From NCBI GenBank assembly GCA_963843385.1, contig CAWJJY010000003.1:576014-640013 (forward strand): 64,000 nucleotides of DNA. The letters are read 5' to 3'. The stretch comes from an uncultured Acidobacteriota bacterium. Lineage in GTDB: Bacteria; Acidobacteriota; Vicinamibacteria; Vicinamibacterales; JAKQTR01. Position 1 is the first letter of the stretch; each line of letters opens with the position of its first letter. The notes beneath the pieces were generated by a model, which did no database searches, was not told where the DNA came from, and saw nothing but the letters and a program-made list of their open reading frames with translations. Of the stretch, positions 38,689-50,172 are shown piece by piece. A program made the position numbers and the translations under genes.

Positions 38689-38872
38689 GGCTGATTGGCC
38701 CAAAAAGGGGGCAGGTGACAGGTTCACCGAACGGATATCCCTCGAGGGCTGCCAAGGAGGCCCGACAGGCAGGCCGGGGATCCCAGTGAATATATCAACA
38801 GGAACGTGCGAGAGCCACGGAAGGTTCCCGTGACCGACCGGCGGGTCCGTTGCTGACGAGGGCGCGCCGGGA

Positions 38873-41128
38873 TCAGCCGGTGGAACGGGCCCCGTCTACC
38901 GCTGGCGCGGTGGCGGCGCGGAACCGGAATGTCCGCGAAGCCGCGGCGGCGACCAGGTAGCAGGCGGCTCCGGAAAGAAGCGCCCACGTGAATCCGAACA
39001 CCACCGCGGTCGCCATGGTCGCCATCGAGCCAACGACCGAGAAGATGCCGTTCAGGCCCCAATAGAAGGGCGGCTCCGGGAACGGCCCGACACCGCTCGC
39101 CCGCAACCCGCGGGGGAACGGCATGCCCATCAGGAACCCGAGCGGCGCGACCGCCACGATGGCCACGGCAATGCGGGCCCCGAGCGGGAGCCAGAGGAGC
39201 GCCGGCACCGCGCGAGGCAGCACGAGCGCGTAGAGGACGGCGAAGCCGGCCACGCCCGCACACACCCGGCCCGGCTGGAACCGCCCACTGGACACGCTCC
39301 CGAGGCCGCCGAAGGCAAGCATCGTGAACAGCAGAATGGACAACGTGAAGATCGGATGGCCGAGCAGCAGCGTCAGGTGCTGCAGGAGCGCGAGTTCGAC
39401 CGCGATGAAGCCCGTGCCGAGCGACGCGAAGTAGACGAGCGACGCCGCGTACGGCCCGGTCTGCTCGCCGCGGGGCTTGCCGGAGACGATGAGCAGCACG
39501 CAGAGGATGAGCACCGGCGCGAGGATCAGCAGGAACGCCCTCGACATGTTCGCCGGCAGACCCCAGGGCTTCTGCCTGGCGAAGAAGAAGGGCCGGTCGT
39601 CGTACACGGGGTCCACGCGCGATGCCGCATTCTCGACATACTGGTCGAAGCTCACGCGGCCGGCAAAGAGCCCGGCGTACGGCTCCTCGACGTGCCGGCC
39701 GGGGATGATCAACGGCCGCGCGGAGCTCCAAGCGGCCATCTGATCGAGTTCCTGCTCGTTGAATGGCCGTTTCTTGAGGATGAAGATCATCTGGGGCGGA
39801 TCGCCGGGGCCGGTCTGCCGGCTCTCGAGGAACGCCGCGATGCACCTGCCGGCCTCCCGGGGCCCGAGCATCGCCACACTGTTGGAGACCAGCCGCGGGA
39901 TGTCGACGTCCCACCTGAGAATCACCAGCTCGCCATCGGGCGCCAGGTGATCGAAGTAGGACTGAAACGCTTCGACCGTGTAGAGGTGGTTCTCAGAGAG
40001 AGACAGCCCACCCGATGCCACCGCCGCCCACGAGTCCACGAACCCCAGCAGGATCACGTCGAATTGGCGGTCGCTCCTCCGAACGAAATTTCGTCCCTCC
40101 GCGAGAATCGTCTCGACCCCGGCGTGGTCGTACAGGTTCCCCGCCCGCGCTCCGAACTGCCGAACGAAGCGGAGCATCAGCGGGTTCATCTCGACGGCCG
40201 TGACAGCCTCCGAGCCCGCCGCGATCGAGACCAGCACGTCCGACCCGCCGCCCGGGCCGATGATGAGCGTCCTGGGCTTGGCGGACGCCACCTTGAACGG
40301 CAGCGCGCGGTACCAATCCTTGAGCGGCGCGACGCTCTGCGGCCTGCCGTCCCACTCGAGCACGTTGGTCCACGCATCCGAGTCGATATAGAGCCGCGCG
40401 AGGTACGGCGATCCGAATCCGGTCACCGCATCGATCCGGGAGTAGGCGTTCCATCCCGTCAGTGCGACCTGCGCCCCTGGGTTTGCCGCCAGGTGCTGGT
40501 ACATCCCCTTGGTCGGGGCACTGAGGATCTTGAAGGCGCCAGTCCGTTCATTGAGCCCGATCGCCGCAACGACCATGGCTCCTGCGACCGCGGCGGGCCA
40601 GCGAAAGCGACGCGAGAAGCACGCGGCCGCACCGAGCGGTGGGAGCGCGACCGACAAGACGGCGTTCTCGCCTCCCAGGACCGAGAGCACCGCCGTCACC
40701 GCGAGCGCACCGACGGAGGCCCCGAGCAGATCGGCAAAGTAGAGCCGGCCGGCCTGCTGGCGGCCGTTTGCGAACACCATCGACAGCGCCATCCCTGCCA
40801 GCAGGAACGGCATCAGCGAGACGACGAAGTAGAACGCCAGCAAGTCGGGATGGAACGGGACCCGCACGATGAGCCAGAGCGCGGCGGGAATCGCGAGCCC
40901 GTAGGCGAAGGTCAGCCCCGCGGCGCGGTCCCAGGAGAACACCATCCTCCGCCGCAACAGGTGCACGACGAAGCCGCCCAGGCCCCAGCCCAGCAAGGCG
41001 ACCGAGATTGCGATGAAGGCGAAATGGTACCAGATGGTTGCGGAGAAGATCCGGGTGAGTCCGATCTCCAGCATGAGGCCGGAGAGTGTGACCAGAAAAA
41101 TCCCGAGGTACAGGGCCATGTCGCGCAC
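38873..41128 (-). CDS. Fused polytopic membrane / spermidine-synthase-like (class I methyltransferase fold) protein
   Basis: About 7 TM segments, then a SpeE-like domain (IIGPGGGSDVL..AVEMNP), then about 6 TM segments. GTG start with AGGAG SD. Confidence 0.8.
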   Translation of the reverse strand: MRDMALYLGIFLVTLSGLMLEIGLTRIFSATIWYHFAFIAISVALLGWGLGGFVVHLLRRRMVFSWDRAAGLTFAYGLAIPAALWLIVRVPFHPDLLAFYFVVSLMPFLLAGMALSMVFANGRQQAGRLYFADLLGASVGALAVTAVLSVLGGENAVLSVALPPLGAAACFSRRFRWPAAVAGAMVVAAIGLNERTGAFKILSAPTKGMYQHLAANPGAQVALTGWNAYSRIDAVTGFGSPYLARLYIDSDAWTNVLEWDGRPQSVAPLKDWYRALPFKVASAKPRTLIIGPGGGSDVLVSIAAGSEAVTAVEMNPLMLRFVRQFGARAGNLYDHAGVETILAEGRNFVRRSDRQFDVILLGFVDSWAAVASGGLSLSENHLYTVEAFQSYFDHLAPDGELVILRWDVDIPRLVSNSVAMLGPREAGRCIAAFLESRQTGPGDPPQMIFILKKRPFNEQELDQMAAWSSARPLIIPGRHVEEPYAGLFAGRVSFDQYVENAASRVDPVYDDRPFFFARQKPWGLPANMSRAFLLILAPVLILCVLLIVSGKPRGEQTGPYAASLVYFASLGTGFIAVELALLQHLTLLLGHPIFTLSILLFTMLAFGGLGSVSSGRFQPGRVCAGVAGFAVLYALVLPRAVPALLWLPLGARIAVAIVAVAPLGFLMGMPFPRGLRASGVGPFPEPPFYWGLNGIFSVVGSMATMATAVVFGFTWALLSGAACYLVAAAASRTFRFRAATAPAVDGARSTG

Positions 41129-41251
41129 CGTGCTCCTGGTGAACGTAACCGGGGTTAGGCACGGTACGATGCCCGAGCAGCCCGAGTCAAGGTCGCCGCG
41201 ACCACGCCACGGGCCGGATCGACGCGGACGGCACGCAACAAAAGGGCCGAG

Positions 41252-42010
41252 TCAGGAAGGATCGGTTGGAAACCGTGACATGACGCGGTCGATGATCGCC
41301 CGAGCTTCCCAGATCTGAACCGTGGCGGGCGCCTCGCCGCCGATCACGCAGACGGCCGCAGCGTGCCCGGTATCGAGGTGCAGGATCCGGCCTATCGCGT
41401 CGGCAACGGGCTGTTGGCCGCGCACGAACCGGATCGCGCCGGATCGCTGGACCGAGAGCAGGAGTTCGTGGAACGGCAGCCCGACACCCAGGCCCAGCGC
41501 CTTCGAGAACGCTTCCTTGACGGCCCAGCGCGTGAAGAAGAACCGCGGCTGCTGGGGCTCAGGCAGACCGTCGAACTGGACCCGTTCCGGCCCGGACAGC
41601 ACGCGGTCGAGAATATCAGGCGGGCGATCTCGAACGCGCTCGACATCGACGCCGACCACGTGAGACCCCGTGGCGCAGGCGACCCAGTCGCCCGAGTGCG
41701 ACAGGTTGAACTGAAACCCGGAGTCAGAGGCCAGGCATGGCTTGCCGTTATGGTCGACGCCGAACGTGACGGCGTCGCGAGAGATCGCTGCTCGCTCGGC
41801 GATGACCTCGCGCAGCAGCAGCTCGGCGAACAGCGACCGCACGGCATCGATCGGGCGGAGGAACTTGAGGGCGCGGGCACGCCGCTCCGGGCTGACCGCC
41901 TCGAGCAGCGCCGCGAACACGGGTTCCTCGATCGGCTGATCGACGCGAACGGCGTCGATGCGAACGGCGAGGCCGGAAGAAGCCGGCCGATCTGCTTCCT
42001 GGAGACCCAC
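41252..42010 (-). CDS. Sfp-type 4'-phosphopantetheinyl transferase
   Basis: FNLSHSGDWVACA, GVDVE and WAVKEAFSKALG motifs. It starts 10 nt after the DUF362 stop. Confidence 0.85.
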   Translation of the reverse strand: MGLQEADRPASSGLAVRIDAVRVDQPIEEPVFAALLEAVSPERRARALKFLRPIDAVRSLFAELLLREVIAERAAISRDAVTFGVDHNGKPCLASDSGFQFNLSHSGDWVACATGSHVVGVDVERVRDRPPDILDRVLSGPERVQFDGLPEPQQPRFFFTRWAVKEAFSKALGLGVGLPFHELLLSVQRSGAIRFVRGQQPVADAIGRILHLDTGHAAAVCVIGGEAPATVQIWEARAIIDRVMSRFPTDPS

Positions 42011-42020
42011 GCTCGAATCC

Positions 42021-43295
42021 CTAGTGGTGGGCCACGACCTTGCGTTTCCTGGAGGCGAACTCCGGCGCCTCGCGCACGCAGGTGGCCAGAATCCCGAACG
42101 ACTTTCTAAAAGCCTCCGCCCCGGCCTTCACCAGCACCGCGGGCGCCTGGCCCACGTCCGGATAGCCGTTGGCGTCAGCCGCAACGTGCTCCCAGTTCTG
42201 GAACAGCCGGCCCCAGTCGCTGCCGAGCACGTCGTGCATGGCGCGATCGGCGTTCATCGGGTACCAGAAGCTGTCGTGGTAGATGACGCTCGCCATGTAG
42301 GCCCATGGCGCGAGCACGGTCTTCAGGCTCCACTCGATCGGCTTCTTGAGCGGGCCCCAGTAGATCCGGTGCTGCATGCGCGAGGCGAAGGTCATCTTCT
42401 TGAAGGGCCCGACGAAATTCCAGTTCTCGTTGCCGGCCTCCACGTCTCCGACGATCCTGATCTGGCGCGGGTCGCCGCATCCGAGCCCCGCGTCGTGGGC
42501 CAGCCGGATGAACTTGATGGACAGCGGATCCATGCCCATCAGCCTGGCAGCCACCGCGTCGATCGCGACCTGGTCCGCGCTCGCCAGGATCACGTTCTTC
42601 GCGTACGGCCGCATGCAGCGGGGGCCGGGGCCGTCACCTGCGAAGGTTCCGTCCATCACGGCGAACACGCCGCGGTGGATCTTTTTCTGGATCATCAGCA
42701 GATCCACGAGTGTCTCGTGGATGACCGGGTGTGTCCAGTGGCGATGCTCGTTCAGCAGACCCCCGAACGCGTTCTTCATCGCGCCGGTCGTCGTCGTGAA
42801 GATGTGCGTCTTCACCGTGGGCAGGTGGATGATGTTCTCGCCTATGAAGCGCCGCGGGATCAGGAAGCCCTTGGGATACACGTCGTTCAGGCACAGGAAC
42901 TTCTTCGTCAGGTCTCCCACCGCGTCGCGAATGCCGATCCACTCCTCGCCCTCGTAGAGGTGGACGTTGCGCAGCCCGTGGGCCTCCACCACGTTGATCT
43001 GCTTGTTCTGGCGCTCACCGAGGTGAGCGTCGATCACCACCGTCCGGTTGTGGCACGCATGGATCAGCGCGGGATCGTACCCATCCGACTTCAGCGTCTT
43101 GATCACACCGTCGAGCTGCCACGGCGTGGTGGAGCTGCCGGGGAAGAAGAAGTGCCACGAGATGTTGACCTTCAGGGCGGTGTCGGCATCCTTCTTGATG
43201 ACGTCCTGATAGCCGGCCAGGTTCATCAGCTCGCGATAATCGCGCAGCACGGTCGAAGGCCGCGTGCGGAGGATGGCCACGGTGGACTGGGGCAT
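42021..43295 (-). CDS. DUF362 domain protein with a roughly 120-aa C-terminal extension
   Basis: HLPTVKTHIFTTTTGAMKNAFGGL and VMDGTFAGDGPGP match the DUF362 pattern. Strong AGGAAAGGA SD. Confidence 0.8.
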   Translation of the reverse strand: MPQSTVAILRTRPSTVLRDYRELMNLAGYQDVIKKDADTALKVNISWHFFFPGSSTTPWQLDGVIKTLKSDGYDPALIHACHNRTVVIDAHLGERQNKQINVVEAHGLRNVHLYEGEEWIGIRDAVGDLTKKFLCLNDVYPKGFLIPRRFIGENIIHLPTVKTHIFTTTTGAMKNAFGGLLNEHRHWTHPVIHETLVDLLMIQKKIHRGVFAVMDGTFAGDGPGPRCMRPYAKNVILASADQVAIDAVAARLMGMDPLSIKFIRLAHDAGLGCGDPRQIRIVGDVEAGNENWNFVGPFKKMTFASRMQHRIYWGPLKKPIEWSLKTVLAPWAYMASVIYHDSFWYPMNADRAMHDVLGSDWGRLFQNWEHVAADANGYPDVGQAPAVLVKAGAEAFRKSFGILATCVREAPEFASRKRKVVAHH

Positions 43296-43325
43296 GGTTC
43301 CTTTCCTGACGCCCGAATATGTCGA

Positions 43326-44612
43326 TCACGACGCCCGGATCGTCTCGAGGCCGTGAGCGTGCGGACCGGACTCACTGCGCCTGAGGAGCAGGGCGAAGAA
43401 GAAGCCGAAGAAGCCCAGGCACGAGAAGATCCACATGCCGAGGTTGTAGCCGGCCGGGTTCTGCGCGGTGGCGCCCGCGTAGTCGTTCGCCCAGCCGATG
43501 AGCAGGTTGAATCCGGCGAGCCCGACATTCTGAATGAGGGTCATCAGGCCGTAGGCCGTTCCGAGCTTGTTCTCCTCGACCACGTAGGCCACCGACGGCC
43601 ACATGATGGCCGGAATGAGCGAGAACGCGATGCCCATCAACGCCATCGGGAGGTACAGCGACACCGAGCTGTAAGCCATCAGGAGGTAGACCGGCATCAG
43701 CAGCAACGACCCGATGGCCATGAAGGTCGATCGCTTGCCGATCTTGTCGACGAGCAGGCCGAAAAGCGGCGTGCAGATCATCGCGAACAGCGTCAGCATG
43801 CTCGACAGGAATCCCCCCAGCTCGCGCGTGGCCCCGCGCGCCTCCATGAAGAACTTCACCGCGAAGGTCTGGAACGGGAAGATGCCCGAGTAGAACGTCA
43901 CGCACAGCGCGACAATGAACCAGTAGGACGTGCCGAACCGCAGGATGTCGCCGAACACGACCTTGTCGGTTTTCCCGGCGGACGCCAGATCGTACTTGCG
44001 ATCGGCCTGCGCCTCGAGGAGCCAGTACGCGATCGCGCCGGTCACACAGAAGGTCGCGAATCCGACGCTGATGAGCAGCGGCATTCGCCAGTCGTTGAAC
44101 GCCGAGCTCGCCCAGGTCGGCGAGTTCAGGGCGGCAAACGATCCCAGGCGCGCGATGGTCAGGTTGATCCCGAACGCGAAGCTGAGCTCCTTGCCCTTGA
44201 ACCACTTGGCAATGGCCGTCGTGACGGCCACGATCAGCGACTCGGCGCCCAGGCCGAACACCAGCCGGCCCGTGGCCATCAGGGTGAGCGTGCCGGAAAC
44301 GGCCGTCAGCGACGCCCCGAGGAAGCAGACGATGCCGAAAATGAACGTCGCCTTGCGCGTGCCGATGCGGTCGATGATGAACCCGCCGATGAGCACCATC
44401 ACGACGTTCGGGATGCTGTAGATCGCCTGCAGCAGCCCGATGTTGGCATCGGTGAACCCGAGGCGCGCCTTGAGAAGGTCTGCCATCGGGCTGATGCAGT
44501 CGTAGACGTAGTAGTTCCCGAACATCGCGAGGCTGATGAACACGAGCACCAGCCAGCGATAGAGGCGGGTCGGCTGAGGACGGACGGCCGCGGTCGGCTC
44601 GGCGCTGCTCAT
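43326..44612 (-). CDS. MFS transporter (MFSD1-like subfamily)
   Basis: 12 TM segments and FGNYYVYDCISPMADLL. The start is set at MSSAEP with a GGGGAG SD. Confidence 0.8.
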   Translation of the reverse strand: MSSAEPTAAVRPQPTRLYRWLVLVFISLAMFGNYYVYDCISPMADLLKARLGFTDANIGLLQAIYSIPNVVMVLIGGFIIDRIGTRKATFIFGIVCFLGASLTAVSGTLTLMATGRLVFGLGAESLIVAVTTAIAKWFKGKELSFAFGINLTIARLGSFAALNSPTWASSAFNDWRMPLLISVGFATFCVTGAIAYWLLEAQADRKYDLASAGKTDKVVFGDILRFGTSYWFIVALCVTFYSGIFPFQTFAVKFFMEARGATRELGGFLSSMLTLFAMICTPLFGLLVDKIGKRSTFMAIGSLLLMPVYLLMAYSSVSLYLPMALMGIAFSLIPAIMWPSVAYVVEENKLGTAYGLMTLIQNVGLAGFNLLIGWANDYAGATAQNPAGYNLGMWIFSCLGFFGFFFALLLRRSESGPHAHGLETIRAS

Positions 44613-44680
44613 GGGACACTCCCCGGTCGACGGATCCACCTCGAGACGGGACACGGAGGTCACACCTCGAGAACTTCAAA

Positions 44681-45559
44681 GTGTACTATGGAAAGCCGGT
44701 GCTGCCGATCCACGACGTCCTGACCGGATTCAGCCGCGCGATGTACAGCAACTGGATGTGGCACAAGCCGCTCAGGCTGCTCGTCGACGCGGGCGAGGGC
44801 CTCCAGCTGGCCCTGGGGTCCCGCGTGTGGGCGCCCGAGGTGCTGGCCCTGACGCACGGGCATTCGGACCACCTGCTGGGCCTGCCCGGCCTGGTCGCCT
44901 CCCGGCGGTTCAGCAAGGGCGCGCAGGAGAAGCCGCTCAGGATCGTGTTCCCCGAGGGCAGCCGCGGCGTCGACCAGATTCGCGGCCTGCTCGATCGCCT
45001 CTGGCCGAACGAGACGTTTCCCGTGACGTGGCTGGGGTTGCGGCCAGGCGATGAACTGCCCATCGGGCGGAACCGGGTTCTTCAGGCGTTCGAGTCGAAC
45101 CACGGAACCGGTGATTCAACGCTCGGCTATCGAGCCCTCGAAATACGCCGCCGCCTTCGCGCGGAATTCGCGGGCCTTCCCGAAGACGAGGTTCGTGTGC
45201 GGGCGGAGGCCGGGGATCGCGACCTGCTGATGGAGGAGTACCGGCACGTCCTGTTCGCGCACTCCGGCGACAGCATGCCGATTCCGGCCGAGCTCGTCCT
45301 GCATGCAGATATCCTGGTTCACGACGCGACCTTTCTCGAGCTGGACGATCGCAAGTGGGAGATCCACGCGACGACCGAGGAAGCCTTGAAGGTCGGCCGC
45401 GACGCGGATGTCCGGCGGCTTGTGCTGCACCATCTTTCGATCCGGTACGAGCGGCCCGATCATCTGCCCCGCCTGCGCGCGCAAGTCAGGGAATCCGGGT
45501 TCACCGGGGAATGCTGGCTGCTCGATGATGGGAGGTTTGTTCCGCTGAACGCCGGGTGA
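44681..45559 (+). CDS. MBL-fold hydrolase, ribonuclease Z-like
   Basis: The LTHGHSDHLLG motif and a C-terminal HHLS motif are present. Confidence 0.7.
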   Translation: MYYGKPVLPIHDVLTGFSRAMYSNWMWHKPLRLLVDAGEGLQLALGSRVWAPEVLALTHGHSDHLLGLPGLVASRRFSKGAQEKPLRIVFPEGSRGVDQIRGLLDRLWPNETFPVTWLGLRPGDELPIGRNRVLQAFESNHGTGDSTLGYRALEIRRRLRAEFAGLPEDEVRVRAEAGDRDLLMEEYRHVLFAHSGDSMPIPAELVLHADILVHDATFLELDDRKWEIHATTEEALKVGRDADVRRLVLHHLSIRYERPDHLPRLRAQVRESGFTGECWLLDDGRFVPLNAG

Positions 45560-45603
45560 GGCCGCGCCGAGGATGGAATCGGACGCGGCCCCGAAGACCC
45601 CTC

Positions 45604-45975
45604 TTACCGCCAGCGCCGGCGCTGTTCGTCCTGCCCCTGGCGGAATCCGGTGTCGTATCCGCTGAGGAAGCTGCGCCGATAGTAATCGGCGTAATAGTCC
45701 CTCGGCACGGACAGGTCGCGCCGGTATCCGTGATCGCCGGATCGGTATCGGCGATAGCTCCTGGGCTCGTATCGGCCCCGCCCCCGCCCATCGTCATAAC
45801 CCGACTGGAATCCGTCGCGGTAGCCCGTTCGTGAGGCGTAGTCGATTGCGGTCCGCGCCACGCCGGGATCCGAGTAGTTGCGGCCGGGGTACGGATAGTG
45901 CTCGACAAAGAGAGACGAACACGCGGTGGCGCCCAACACGAGCCCAAGCACGACGAGGAAATGCTTGAGTGCCAT
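45604..45975 (-). CDS. Small Arg/Tyr/Gly/Asp-rich lipoprotein
   Basis: AAAGGA SD and ATG, with lipobox LGATAC. The mature region is low complexity (YRDGFQSGYDDGRGRGRYEPRSYRRYRSGDHGYRR..). Confidence 0.65.
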   Translation of the reverse strand: MALKHFLVVLGLVLGATACSSLFVEHYPYPGRNYSDPGVARTAIDYASRTGYRDGFQSGYDDGRGRGRYEPRSYRRYRSGDHGYRRDLSVPRDYYADYYRRSFLSGYDTGFRQGQDEQRRRWR

Positions 45976-46192
45976 ATGAGGTCCTTTCGATACGACGCAA
46001 AGCAGCTGTCGCCGCATCGCGTCCGCCACGACGCTCTGGCACATGCATCAAGTGCAAGGTCAGGACCACTCGAAAGCGTTCGAAATTGTCGAGTGAAACA
46101 GACCCCTGTCGAGACACGTAAACGCTGGCGCGTAAAGAAGACCTACCGATTGACGCCTCCAGAGGACAGTTTTCGGATTGTCCTGGGGCGCG

Positions 46193-46318
46193 CGAGGCAG
46201 GTGCAACGATGCTCAACAGAAGCGAGGTGGAGCTGACGCCGTAGGCCATGCCCAGCGCACCGTCGATCAACTGGGCGAGGAATCCGAAGACGACGATGGC
46301 CACGAAATCGAACGACAT
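46193..46318 (-). pseudogene. 5' fragment (about 42 codons) of a TauE/SafE (TSUP) family permease gene
   Basis: MSFDFVAIVVFGFLAQLIDGALGMAYGVSSTSLLLS matches the TSUP N-terminus. All similarity ends after about codon 42, in every frame. Confidence 0.55.
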
Positions 46319-46353
46319 CGAGATTAGCTAGAAAACTGCGGGCGGGCGGGGAC

Positions 46354-48527
<2,174 letters not shown>

Positions 48528-48531
<4 letters not shown>

Positions 48532-50090
48532 GGCTGCACTCCCGCGCCGCGGAGCACGAGCCGGCGGCCGAACACGTCGGTGAACAGGTCCGACCGCGAC
48601 TCCGCGGTCAGCCGTTCCATCGTCAAGTCGCCGGCGCCGTCGACGTCCAGCACCAGCACCCCGTCTTCGTCCTTGACCTTCACGGTGCGGACTTTCTGGA
48701 GCTGTTCGGCATCGAGCGCGTTGGCCACGCGCAGCAGGGCGGCCAGCTTGTTGACGCGAACCCGATCCAGCCGGTCGAGCGCCATGTAGGGAAGATGAGA
48801 CTGCTGCGGCAACCCGCGACGATGGTAGCGGGCGACGTTGGACACCAGCGCGCGATCGTCCGACGAGAGGCCGAAGATCTCGGAGGCCGCGATGAGATAC
48901 TGCCCGTGCTTGTGGTGGCCCCGCAGGCCGACGAACAGGCCGATGTCGTGCAGCAGCGCCGCCACCTCGAGCAGCAGGCGGTCCCGCTTGGGCAGCCCGT
49001 GCTCGGCCTGCAGCTCGTCGAACAGCTGCGTCGCCAGCCGCGCGACGGCCCGCGCGTGGGGGCCGTCGAACAGGTACTTCTCGCCGAGGGCCACTGCACT
49101 GGCGAGCACCTGGCGGCTGAAGTCGGACAGGTCGGTTTCTCCCCCGGGACCCGCCATGTCGACCAGCAGACCCGCCCGCAGCGAGGTGTCCGGCACGATG
49201 ATGCTGGCCGCCGAGGTCTCGAGCAACAGACTGCGATAGACCATCAGGGCCGGGACCAGCGTCTCGGCATCCACCGGCGCGAGCCCGTAGCGCGCCACCA
49301 GCTGCTCCTCGTCCAGCGCTTCGACCCTGGCGCAGAACTCGAGGAACGCGTCGCGAGGCACCTCACGCACGCGGTCCTCCGGAGCCTCGATCAGCTCCTG
49401 CGCCGCAAACCGGACGTCGTGCCCGAGCGCCACCATGAACTGGGCCGAGCGCAGCGGCATCTCGCGGTGGATGTCGACGATGATGTTGCTGATGTGGCGA
49501 TTCAGCACGCGGACGCGGCGCTCGTGCGAGCCACGCCACGCGCCGAGGCCCTGGCGCATGCGCACCGACCCGAGGGCGTACACGCCGGAGTGTTTCGGCT
49601 CGTCTCCCTCGAGCAGCGTCATGTCGGCCGATCCGCCGCCGACCTCGACCAGCAGCGTGTGCGCCCCGGTCAGGGCCGGATGGCCGGCCAGGCGGTCCCT
49701 GACGGCGATGTAGGTGAGCCGGCTCTCTTCCGCCCCGTCGATGATCTCGACCTGGAGCCCGGTTCTGACCTGGACGCGGTCGAGGAACGTGTCGGCGTTG
49801 CTGGCCTCGCGCACGGCGCTGGTCGCCACCGCCCGGTACCGCTTCACGCCGTAGTCGTCCATGAGGCGGCGAAACCCCGTGAGCGCCCGCAAGGTGGCCT
49901 CCATGGTTTCCGCCCCGATCCGGCCGGCCGAGAAGGTGTCCTTCCCGAGCAGCACGCCGCGTGACGCCTCTTCGACGACGAATGGCCGCACCTCGGGCCT
50001 CAGCTCCGCGATGACGAGCCGGACTGCGCTGGCCCCGATGTCGATGACGGCTACCGTCTCGACGCCCGCCGGGTGCTCCGCCTGTGGCAT
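48528..50090 (-). CDS. ppx: Exopolyphosphatase (Ppx/GppA family) with an HD-type C-terminal domain
   Basis: VAVIDIGASAVRLVIAE and EVGGGSAD. GGAGG SD and ATG at 50090. Confidence 0.9.
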
Positions 50091-50172
50091 GACGCCTCCA
50101 TGATCACGCACAAGTCTAGCCGAACCTGGGCGCAATCGCGTGCTGGCGTCGCGTGACCTGTGCAGGAATCCT

